This document shows positions 29,703-38,141 of a DNA stretch of 64,000 nt, piece by piece (the first letter of the stretch is position 1; each line of letters starts with the position of its first letter). The stretch spans positions 18,448 through 82,447 of the forward strand of contig JBGAOA010000004.1 of the NCBI GenBank assembly GCA_044222065.1, given 5' to 3'. The stretch comes from Candidatus Eiseniibacteriota bacterium (GTDB taxonomy: Bacteria; Eisenbacteria; RBG-16-71-46). A program made the position numbers and the translations under genes. Under the pieces are notes generated by a model. The model saw only the letters and a list, made by a program, of their open reading frames with translations. It made no database searches and was not told the origin of the DNA.

Positions 29703-32138
29703 TCAGCGCAGCGGCTTGAGCGCGATCGCGAGCTCGAGGTTCGTCGTGCCGAGGCTCACGGCCTCGCGGTGGGTCAGGAACCCTTGCGCGACGACGGACA
29801 GCGTGCGGTCGCCGCTCGGCGCGGCGATGCAGAAGCGCCCGCGCCGGTCGGTGCGCGCGGACAGATCGAGGTCGGCGAGCAGCACGCGCGCGCCGACGAC
29901 CGGGTGGCCCTCGTCGTCCACGACCGCGCCGCACAGCAGCGGCCAGTCGGAGGAATCACCGGCCGCCTCGTCGGCCGCGCTCGACGGCGCGGCCTGCGCG
30001 GGCGCCGGTGCGGAGGTCACGTTGGTGCGCGTCGCGGACGTGAAGGCGGGCGGATTCGCAGCCGGAGCGGGCGGCGGCGCGGCATTCGCGCCCGCGGGCG
30101 TCGTGCCCGCGGACGGCTCGCTCGTGCGCGCCGGAGCGGCCGCGGCATTCGTGGGACGCGACGTGGCCGCGACGTTCGGCGAGCGCGGCGAGGTCGCGGC
30201 GGCGTCGGAACGCGTCGCGGGCGCCGCGTTCACGACGGGCTTCGAGGCGGGCGGCGTGCGCTCGGGCGCCGGCGATGCGGTTTCGGCCGGCGCGTTCGCG
30301 CGTGCGGGCGGCGTCGGCGCGGGCGCCGCCGGTTCGAGCGCGGTCGCGGGTACCGCGGGCGCGGGCTCGAGGTTCGCGTTCGGTTCGAGCGCCGGCGCGT
30401 CGTGGCGTGCGGCGGCGGACCCGGGCGTCACGCCCGTCGCGGGCGGTCCCGAGAGCCGGGGCCCGATCCACACGCCGAACGCGAAGAGCATCAGCGCCAC
30501 GCTCGCGATCGCGATCGCCGAGCCGTGCGACGAGCGCTTCGGAGGCGCCGTGTCCATCATGCGCTCGAGTCGCGAGATCGCGGCCTCACGCGCGGCCGCC
30601 GCGCGCGCCTCGGCGCGCTTCGCACGGGCGCGCGCGCGGCGCGGCGACTCGGGCGCGCCGTCGTCGCCGGTCGCGAACGCATCGGCGTCGTCGTCGGCCG
30701 CGACCTCGGCGAGGTCGGCGTCCATCGGCGGCGTATCCGTCTCGCGCGCGAGGCTCGCGCGGTCGTCGTGCGCGTTCGCGGGCGCGTCCGATTCGCGTGC
30801 GTCCTTCGCGCGTCGCTCGTCGCGTCGCGGCGTTTCGGAAGCGGCCGCCGCGGTCGGGGTCGCCGCACCGTCGGCCGGGCGCGAGGCATCGGGCTTCGCG
30901 CCGCGCCCGAAGCGGCCGAGGTCGAGCTGCTGCGGCACGATCGGCCGAGTCGCCTGGTTCGCCGCCGGCGAGATGGACTGGCTCGGCAGGATGAGCGGCG
31001 TCGGCCGGCCCGCGGCTCGATCCGGCGCTTGCGACGCCGGCGACGACGCCGCGTCGCGGCCGCGCGATTCACGCCGCGACTCGCGCGAGCGCTCGGGCGC
31101 GACGTCGCGCTTCGGCGTCTCGGGCTTCGGTGCGGCGACGTTCGTCGGAGCGGCATCGCGCTTCGGTGTCTCGGGCTTCGGCGCGGCGACGTTCGTCGGA
31201 GCGGCATCGCGCGTCGGCGTCTCGGGCTTCGGAGCGGCATCGCGCTCTTTCGCCTCGCGCTTCGGCGCGGCTTCGTTCGCCGTCGCCGCATCGCGCTCTT
31301 TCGCCTCGCGCTTCGTCGCGGCTTCGTTCGCCGTCGCGGCATGGCGCTCTTTCGCCTCGCGCTTCGGCGCGGCTTCGTTCGCCGTCGCGGCATCGCGCTC
31401 CTTCGCCTCGCTCTTCGCCGCAACGTCGCTCGTGGGCTCGGCCCCGCGCTTCGCCGTCTCGCTCTTCGCCGCGGCGTCGGGCTTCGCCACGCCATCGTGC
31501 TTCGGCGCTTCCGGCTTCGCCACGAGGCGCGGAGGCTCGATCGCTCGCGGCGCGGCGGGCGCGGGGCCCTGCGGCTCGAGCGATTCGAGTTCGATCGCCG
31601 GCGGCTCGGGCGGCGGGGGCGGCCCCGCCGACGCGCCCGCGTCGCTCGCCGCAGGGAGCGCCGGAATCGCCGCGGCCGGTTCGTTCGCGATCGGGTCGGC
31701 GGGCGCGACGAGTTCGAGCGGCTCGGGCGCGTCGGCCGCGCGCGCCGCACGCGCCTCGCCGGCGCTCGCCGCGCGGTCCGCGGGCCTGGTCGTCGCCTCG
31801 CGGCGTTCGGCGCGCCGCTCGATCCGCGGGTCCGCGCCCGTCTTCGCGAGGCCGAGGAAGTTCGCGAGCCGAGAACCGCCGCGCTTCGCCCGGGGCGCGC
31901 CGCCCGTCGCCTCCGCTTCGATCTCGGTTTCGAGGCGCGTGGCCGCGTCCTCGAAGAACTCGTCGCCCGGGTCGTGCGCGAGCAGGCGCACGAGCGCCGC
32001 GTCCACGCGCGCGAGCCGCTCGCGGCGCTCGGTGCACGCCTCGCACGCCGACAGGTGCCGACGCACGAGTTCGAGCGAGACGCCGAACAGCGCGTCGTCG
32101 AGCGAGGCCGAGAGCTGCTGGGGCGTGAGGTGCTTCAT
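29703..32138 (-). CDS. anti-sigma factor (zf-HC2) with a long repeat-rich cytoplasmic linker, one TM segment and a C-terminal carboxypeptidase-regulatory-like domain
   Basis: H-x3-C-x2-C motif (RRHLSACEAC). ATGA overlap with the ECF sigma gene. TM segment SAIAIASVALMLFAFGVWI. C-terminal GAVVDDEGHPVVGARVLL...TDRRGRF. Confidence 0.85.
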   Translation of the reverse strand: MKHLTPQQLSASLDDALFGVSLELVRRHLSACEACTERRERLARVDAALVRLLAHDPGDEFFEDAATRLETEIEAEATGGAPRAKRGGSRLANFLGLAKTGADPRIERRAERREATTRPADRAASAGEARAARAADAPEPLELVAPADPIANEPAAAIPALPAASDAGASAGPPPPPEPPAIELESLEPQGPAPAAPRAIEPPRLVAKPEAPKHDGVAKPDAAAKSETAKRGAEPTSDVAAKSEAKERDAATANEAAPKREAKERHAATANEAATKREAKERDAATANEAAPKREAKERDAAPKPETPTRDAAPTNVAAPKPETPKRDAAPTNVAAPKPETPKRDVAPERSRESRRESRGRDAASSPASQAPDRAAGRPTPLILPSQSISPAANQATRPIVPQQLDLGRFGRGAKPDASRPADGAATPTAAAASETPRRDERRAKDARESDAPANAHDDRASLARETDTPPMDADLAEVAADDDADAFATGDDGAPESPRRARARAKRAEARAAAAREAAISRLERMMDTAPPKRSSHGSAIAIASVALMLFAFGVWIGPRLSGPPATGVTPGSAAARHDAPALEPNANLEPAPAVPATALEPAAPAPTPPARANAPAETASPAPERTPPASKPVVNAAPATRSDAAATSPRSPNVAATSRPTNAAAAPARTSEPSAGTTPAGANAAPPPAPAANPPAFTSATRTNVTSAPAPAQAAPSSAADEAAGDSSDWPLLCGAVVDDEGHPVVGARVLLADLDLSARTDRRGRFCIAAPSGDRTLSVVAQGFLTHREAVSLGTTNLELAIALKPLR
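31101..31439. repeat. 51-bp tandem repeat array (about 6.6 copies, two subtypes) inside the anti-sigma gene
   Basis: Units start at 31101, 31152, 31203 (partial), 31236, 31287, 31338 and 31389. They encode KPETPKRDAAPTNVAAP (x3) and KREAKERDAATANEAAP (x4). Confidence 0.9.
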
Positions 32139-32725
32139 GCGGCGTCCTCGCGCGGTTCTGCGGGCAGCGCCGTCGCGAGCCGCTCGCGCACGCCCGCGAG
32201 CCGGTGCATCACGTGGCCGACCTGCGTCTCGGTCAGGTTTCCGAGCGCGGCGTAGTGCAGCTGCTCGACGAGCCGGAGCGCGAGCAGCATCTGCTCATCG
32301 GGGCCGAGATCGGCGTACGCGCGCAGCACCGCGGGATCGAGCGTCGCGGCTTCGGGCGGGTACGACGGGTCGTTCCACGCCTCGCCGTTCGGGCGCACGC
32401 GCGCGGCGAACGACGGCTGGTCTCCCGCGCGCCGGCGCTGTCGCGTCACGGCGAGGTTGCGCGCGATGCGCGCGAGCCACGGGAAGAACGGCCGGCCGAC
32501 CGGCAGGTGGCGCAGCCCGCGCCACGCGTGAAGGGCGGACTCGTGCGCGAGATTCGCCGCGGCCGAGTGCTCGCGCGTGAACGCGAAGCACAGCCGGTAG
32601 AGCGGACGCTGGTACTCGCGCAGCAGCTCGAAGAACGCCGGACGGTCGCCCTTCTGCGCCAGCAGCACGAGACCCGCTTCTCGACCGGACTCCATCCAGG
32701 GTCCGGGGTTCACCGGAGCGTCCAT
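32135..32725 (-). CDS. ECF-family RNA polymerase sigma factor
   Basis: ATG at 32725 after GAGGA. Region 2 (FFELLREYQRPLYRLCFAFT...) and region 4 (LGPDEQMLLALRLVEQL...VGHVMHRL). Confidence 0.88.
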   Translation of the reverse strand: MDAPVNPGPWMESGREAGLVLLAQKGDRPAFFELLREYQRPLYRLCFAFTREHSAAANLAHESALHAWRGLRHLPVGRPFFPWLARIARNLAVTRQRRRAGDQPSFAARVRPNGEAWNDPSYPPEAATLDPAVLRAYADLGPDEQMLLALRLVEQLHYAALGNLTETQVGHVMHRLAGVRERLATALPAEPREDAA

Positions 32726-33209
32726 ATTCCGGGTTCCTCTCCACGCCTTTCGCCGCACGCTCGAACACCCCACGGGCCGAGACCCGCGGGCGGAGACCTG
32801 CCGAGATCGTTTTCGGCCGCGCGGGCCGAGGCTTAGAGGGGGAATTGCCGCCCCGCCCCGGCCGCCGCCGGTGCCGGGTCATTTCGTCCCGGCCACCGGC
32901 GACCCGTAACCCCTGTGCGCCCCGGCCGGTTTTCGCGTTTAGGGAAGTGAGAGGGGGCCGGAACGGGTCGCGCACCGAGGGCGCGTGATCTTTTCGACGG
33001 GCACCTTGTCGAAGGGGACTCAGGGAGTCCCGCCGCGTCGGAGGGCGGGGCCCGGGCCTCCCCCCGGCAGGCGGAGCGAAGGCTCCGCCGCCGCGCCGAC
33101 GGCATGGGCCGGCGCGGACGGAACGAGGCGCGGCCCTCTCGAATGTTGCGCCGGTAGCGAGGTGCGTTGCCCGCGGTGGGGCGGGCGACGCCCTCCGCCG
33201 GCGCAGCTG

Positions 33210-36200
33210 CTATTGCACGCGGACCTGGAACGTCACGCTGCCCGAGCCGCCCGGAAGCAGCGTGCCCGAGAGCGTCCACTGGACGACGCCCGTTCCGCCC
33301 GGCGCCGGCGCCGCCGAGACCACGCAGCCCGTGAGTCCGCCGCCGAGCGCGCCGCAGCCCGCGCCGAGGAACACGGTGTAGGCGGGGGTCGCGTCCTGGA
33401 CCACGATCGCGGACAGCGGCTCGGGCCCGGGATTCGTGTAGGTGATCGTGTAGGTGAGCGCATCGCCCGGCAGCGCGGACGCGCTGCTCACGGACTTCGT
33501 CAGCTGGAGTCCGCCCGAGGTCGCGATCGTCGTCTGATCGAGCAGCACCGCGTCGGCCGAGAGCGGCGGCGCCGCGCCCGAATAGTCGAAGCTCGCCCGC
33601 ACCGTGAGCTGCTCGCCCGCGCCCGCGGTCGCGCCTGCCGGGCTCTGGTGGCGCACGATCACGCACACGCTCTGGCCCGCGAGCAGCGCGAGCGGCGCCG
33701 TGATCTCGGGCTCGCCGGGCTCGAGCACGCCGTCGCAGTCGAGATCGCGCCACACGCTCGCCGACCAGCCCGGGATCGCCGGCACCGGCGCGCCGCTCGT
33801 CGAGAAGGCGAGCGTCCCCGCCGAGCCGGCCGCGAACACGTGCGGGTAGTCGGCGAAGGCGCCGGGGAACACCGCGCGCGCGCCCGCGGCGGCGAAGCCG
33901 CTCGCGGGCACGTCGCCGAAGCCGAGACCCGAGTACACGACGCCGCTCGCGAGCGTGAACGCGAACGCGTCGGAGGCGCGCGCGTACGTGCCGCCCGTGG
34001 TGCCGGCGGCGCCGCCCGTCGAGAGCCATCCCGAAGGCGTCGATTCGGCGATCGTCACCGCGCCCGCGGCCGTGAACGGCAGCCACAGCGCGAAGCCGCC
34101 GGCCGGATCGGTGAGCACGCTGTCGCACGCGCCGCCCGGGCACGCGGCCGACAGCGCGCGCACGCGCGCGCCGGCGACGCCAGCTTCGGCCGGCTGCGCC
34201 ACGCCGTCGTTCGCGCCGCCGCCGCCCGCGCCGTCGTCGCGGAACACGCGGCCTTCGACGCGGCTGCCGTGGTAGAAGCCGAAGTTCTGGTCCACGAGGT
34301 TCGCGGCCGACACCGTGACGGTCGTGCGCACGCCGCCCGCGGCCTCGGTGCCGATCCAGCCCGCGGGTGTGGCGGGCGTCACGTCGGAGGCGACGCCGTT
34401 GTCGTCGAGCACGATCGAGTACGTGCCGGCGGCGACGAAGCCGAAGCCGTAGGCCCCGGTGATGCCGTCCACCGACACGATCTGCTGCGCCGAGCCGGGC
34501 AGCGCGTTCGACACGAGCTTCGCGAACAGCGGCTGGCCGGTGCCGTTCTCGCCCGCATCGCGCGTGAGGTCGTGGTTCGCGTCGTGGTACGCCCAGCCGC
34601 TCACCGACACGCCGCTCGTCACGGTCGCGAGCCCCGAGAACTCGCTCGTCGCCGAGGCGAGCGTCGCCGTCGCCGTGAGCCGCACGCCGGGCGAGACCGC
34701 GCCCGGGGTCGGAACCGTGAAGCGGAAGCGGTTCGTGAGGTCGGTGCCCTGGTTCACACCGTTCACGAGCCCCGAATAGGTGCTCGCGCCGGCGTCGAGG
34801 TCCGAGGCCGAGCCTTCGACGAGCGTCGTCACGTACGTGCGGCCCTCGCCGAAGCCCGAGGGATCGGGCTCGGCCACGAACAGCTCGATCGTCGAGCCCG
34901 GCCGCGCCCAGCCCGTCACGGTGAAGCTGCCGTTCGCCGTGACCGCGGTTTCGAGCACGGGGAAGTTCGGCAGTCCGTTCGCGCCGGCGTCGGCGTCGGC
35001 GAGATCGTTGCGCGTGAAGAACGGGCTCGTGCCGCGCGCTTCGTTCTGGCCGCTCGCGAGCAGGTCGATGCCGATCTGCCCGCTCGCGACACCGCCGCCG
35101 AGCGGTGCGACGGTGCCGTTGTCGTACATCGAATTGCGCGTGAGCGTGCTCGTCGAAGCGGTCGGGCAGGCGAGCACGCCCGCGCCGACGTTCTGCGCGA
35201 GCACGCAGCGATCGACGCGGTTGCCGGCGCCGTCGAGCCGCACGCCCGGCGTCTCGGACGTCGCGCCCGCGCCGAGCCCGTTGCGCGTCACGGTGAGGTT
35301 CGTGAACGTCGAGCCGCCGGTGCCGGTGCGCGTGTCGAGGCCCGGCCCCTCGTGCTGCGTCACGAGCGCGTTGCGCACGACGAGCGTCCCGCCCCCTTCG
35401 AGCGACACGCCGTCGCGCGTCGGGTTCCCGATCGCGTTCCCGCGGATCTCGGCGCCGTCCACCGTCCAGCCGTTCGAGCCCGCGACGAACGCGAGACCCG
35501 AGCCCGCGCCGAAGCCCGCGAGCACGTTCGTCACCGCGCCGTTGTCGCCGCCGACGGCGCGCAGGTGGTCGCCGCCCGAGCGCAGGCTCGCGCCGGGATC
35601 GGCGAACGCGCGCGCGGACGTGCCGAGCACGGCGGCCGTGAGCGCGAACGCGTTCGCCGTCGCGCCGACGCGCACGTCGGCGTTCGCGTCCGAGCCGGCG
35701 GCGTTCCCGAAGCCGAACACGGCGAGACGCGCGAGCACGACGTTCGCGGCCTGCACGTCGAGGCCGATCGCGACCGACAGGCTGTCGCGCAGTTCGACCT
35801 CGGGCGCGGCGACGGTCGCGAGCGCGACGCCGTCCACGCCGACGGTGCCGCCCGCGCCGAGCGCGCCGGGATTCGTGTCGCCGACGTTCGCGGTCTGCGT
35901 CGCGCCGTCCACGCGCACGGCCTCCGTGATCGCGGGCAGCGCGCTCGTCACGCGCACGGACACGACGCCGCTCACGAGCAGGTTCGCGAGTCCCGCGCGC
36001 AGGCCCGGGTGCGCGGCGCCGTCGGTGACGAGGAACAGCGCGTTCTCGGTGCCGGGCGTGAAGCCGGACTGGGCGAGCCCGGTGTTCGAGAGCGCGTTCG
36101 CGTTCACGAGGAACTGGCGCAGGCTGCCTGCGCCTGAGTCGTTCGCGTTCACGATCGTGTCGAAGTTGAAGCCGAAGTCGAGCCCGCCGAGGTCGGCCGT

Positions 36201-38141
36201 GCCCGCGAACGCGACGGGCGCGAGCGACTGCGCGGTCGTCGTCGCGGTCGTGAGCGAGGCGAGCGTCTGGCTCGTCAGGTTCGCCGCGGCGTCCGCGCGC
36301 GCCGGGTTCTCGCCGCCGACGCGGTTCGCGTCCGCGACCGCCGCGCCGCCCGAGGCGTCGGTGCGGAACGTCTGCACGGGGAGCAGCGTCGCGACGGCGC
36401 CCGCGCGCGACGAGGTGACGGTCGCGTTCACGACGCGCACGGTGTAGCTGCCGCCGACGAAGCCGTCGAACACGTAGAGCCCCGCGGCATCCGTCGTGTC
36501 GGCCGCGAGCCACGCGCCCGAGGCGTCGTACAGCTCGACGCGCACGTTCGGCCGCGCGACGCCGCCCGACGCGGCGAGCGAGCGGCCCGCGCCGCCGCCG
36601 TAGTTCACGTCCTCGAACACGGTGCCCGTGAAGCGGTAGCCCGTCACCGTGACGTCGGTGCGCTGGACCCCGGGCGTCACGGCGTCGCCGTCCGAGAGCG
36701 CCGCGAGCGGTGTGCCCGACTGGGCGCCGATGCAGTCGAGCGCGGCCTGGTTCGACACGACGGTGCCGGTCGGCGCGGGCGCGTTCACCGTGACGCGGAA
36801 GCGCACGCTCGAGGACGCCCCGGGCGCGATCGAGCCGCCGGCGCCGGCGGTCGCGCCGCTCCCGAGCCGGAACGTCACGCGCCGGCTCGCCGCGTCGTAC
36901 TCGGCCTGGTCGTCGCCCGCGGCGTCGGACTTCGTGCCCGCGTTCGGGCCGCTCGCGACGACGAGGCTGCCGGCCACGTACGTCGCGTTCGCGGGCAGCG
37001 TGTCGCGCACGACGACCGCGTTCGCGCCGTCGTTGCCGTCGTTGCGCAGCGTGACGAGGTACTCGAGCACGTCGCCCGGACGCACGACGCCGCCGTTCAC
37101 GTCGGTCACGGTCTTCGTATAGCCGGTCGCGTTGAAGATCGGCTGGTACAGCTCGGTCGCGAACGTCAGCAGGCCCGGCAGGATGCGGTCGCCCGTCGAG
37201 ACGACCGTGATCGTCGCGCTCGTCGCGCCGTTCGGCAGCACGCCGTTCGCGGTGATCAGATCCACGTCCCAGCCGAGCTGGTTCTGGTAGTTCGGGTTCT
37301 TCGCCGTGAAGTTGGCGCCGAACTGCGTGATCGTGCTGTTGAAGAAGTTGTCCACCGGGTTCAGCGCGTCGGACAGGTTCGTGCCGTTCAGCTGGAACGC
37401 GTCGCCGGTGAGGCCGCGGTCGCCCTCGCCCGCGACGACGCCGAGCCGCGTGTTCACGGCGCCCGCGGGCGGCGTGACGAAGCCGCTCGTCGTCGTCGTG
37501 ACCGTCGCGCCCGGCTCGACGCGCGCGAAGCCGTCGAACACGACCAGGTTGCGCGGCGGCTGGCTCGCGAGCGCGTACACGACGACGAGCGCCCAGCCCG
37601 CGTGATGGTTCGCGCTGCCCGTGGTCGAGTAGACGTTCGCGCACCAGTACGTGCCGCTGCCGCCGGCCTGAACGAGCGCCGTCACGTCGCGGAAGCCCTG
37701 GTAGTAGGGCGACGACACGTCGAGCTGCGTCGCGATGATGTTCTGGTAGCCGACGGCCGGGGTCGAGAAGCGGCACGTGTTGCGCGCGGCGTTCGTGGAC
37801 TCGCCCTGCCAGTAGAGCCCGGCCCACAGGACCGTCGCGCCCGCGGGCACGGTGAGCGTCGCGCTGCTCGACGAGAACGTCGTGCCGTCGGCGTCGGCGT
37901 TCACGTACGTCATCGTGAAGTCGTTGTTGTCCACGTTGCCGCCCGTGCCGTTGCGGCCGTTCGTGCAGCCGCCGCCGCCGTTGCACGACAGGATCGTGTT
38001 TCCGACGAGCGTGATGTCGCCGCTCTGGTTGGTCGTGAAGCGCGGCGTGAACGTGCGCACGACCTGAGCCGCCGCGGGCGCGGCGGCGAGCGCGAGCGCG
38101 AGCGATGCGAAGACGAGCGGGCGGAGCGTGCGCGCGCTCAT
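33210..38141 (-). CDS. 1643-aa secreted multidomain surface protein: unknown N-domain, DUF11, CnaB/SdrD-B-like repeats, parallel beta-helix, terminal DUF11
   Basis: ATG at 38141 (ATGA overlap with the upstream gene). Signal peptide MSARTLRPLVFASLALALAAAPAAAQ. DUF11 (GDVLEYLVTLRNDGNDGANAVVVRDTLPANATYV). DSGAGSLRQFL at the beta-helix start. Terminal LTYTITYTNPG. Confidence 0.9.
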   Translation of the reverse strand: MSARTLRPLVFASLALALAAAPAAAQVVRTFTPRFTTNQSGDITLVGNTILSCNGGGGCTNGRNGTGGNVDNNDFTMTYVNADADGTTFSSSSATLTVPAGATVLWAGLYWQGESTNAARNTCRFSTPAVGYQNIIATQLDVSSPYYQGFRDVTALVQAGGSGTYWCANVYSTTGSANHHAGWALVVVYALASQPPRNLVVFDGFARVEPGATVTTTTSGFVTPPAGAVNTRLGVVAGEGDRGLTGDAFQLNGTNLSDALNPVDNFFNSTITQFGANFTAKNPNYQNQLGWDVDLITANGVLPNGATSATITVVSTGDRILPGLLTFATELYQPIFNATGYTKTVTDVNGGVVRPGDVLEYLVTLRNDGNDGANAVVVRDTLPANATYVAGSLVVASGPNAGTKSDAAGDDQAEYDAASRRVTFRLGSGATAGAGGSIAPGASSSVRFRVTVNAPAPTGTVVSNQAALDCIGAQSGTPLAALSDGDAVTPGVQRTDVTVTGYRFTGTVFEDVNYGGGAGRSLAASGGVARPNVRVELYDASGAWLAADTTDAAGLYVFDGFVGGSYTVRVVNATVTSSRAGAVATLLPVQTFRTDASGGAAVADANRVGGENPARADAAANLTSQTLASLTTATTTAQSLAPVAFAGTADLGGLDFGFNFDTIVNANDSGAGSLRQFLVNANALSNTGLAQSGFTPGTENALFLVTDGAAHPGLRAGLANLLVSGVVSVRVTSALPAITEAVRVDGATQTANVGDTNPGALGAGGTVGVDGVALATVAAPEVELRDSLSVAIGLDVQAANVVLARLAVFGFGNAAGSDANADVRVGATANAFALTAAVLGTSARAFADPGASLRSGGDHLRAVGGDNGAVTNVLAGFGAGSGLAFVAGSNGWTVDGAEIRGNAIGNPTRDGVSLEGGGTLVVRNALVTQHEGPGLDTRTGTGGSTFTNLTVTRNGLGAGATSETPGVRLDGAGNRVDRCVLAQNVGAGVLACPTASTSTLTRNSMYDNGTVAPLGGGVASGQIGIDLLASGQNEARGTSPFFTRNDLADADAGANGLPNFPVLETAVTANGSFTVTGWARPGSTIELFVAEPDPSGFGEGRTYVTTLVEGSASDLDAGASTYSGLVNGVNQGTDLTNRFRFTVPTPGAVSPGVRLTATATLASATSEFSGLATVTSGVSVSGWAYHDANHDLTRDAGENGTGQPLFAKLVSNALPGSAQQIVSVDGITGAYGFGFVAAGTYSIVLDDNGVASDVTPATPAGWIGTEAAGGVRTTVTVSAANLVDQNFGFYHGSRVEGRVFRDDGAGGGGANDGVAQPAEAGVAGARVRALSAACPGGACDSVLTDPAGGFALWLPFTAAGAVTIAESTPSGWLSTGGAAGTTGGTYARASDAFAFTLASGVVYSGLGFGDVPASGFAAAGARAVFPGAFADYPHVFAAGSAGTLAFSTSGAPVPAIPGWSASVWRDLDCDGVLEPGEPEITAPLALLAGQSVCVIVRHQSPAGATAGAGEQLTVRASFDYSGAAPPLSADAVLLDQTTIATSGGLQLTKSVSSASALPGDALTYTITYTNPGPEPLSAIVVQDATPAYTVFLGAGCGALGGGLTGCVVSAAPAPGGTGVVQWTLSGTLLPGGSGSVTFQVRVQ

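Noticed and set aside
27682-32580. 1632-aa plus-strand ORF
   Set aside because: It is antisense to cheA, the anti-sigma gene and the ECF sigma gene. It has no recognisable domains and is typical of a stop-poor high-GC antisense frame.
32833-37986. 1717-aa minus-strand ORF, and plus-strand ORFs 32985..36137 and 34780..36447
   Set aside because: They are off-frame or antisense to the 1643-aa surface protein (33210..38141), which alone shows a signal peptide and DUF11, CnaB and beta-helix motifs.
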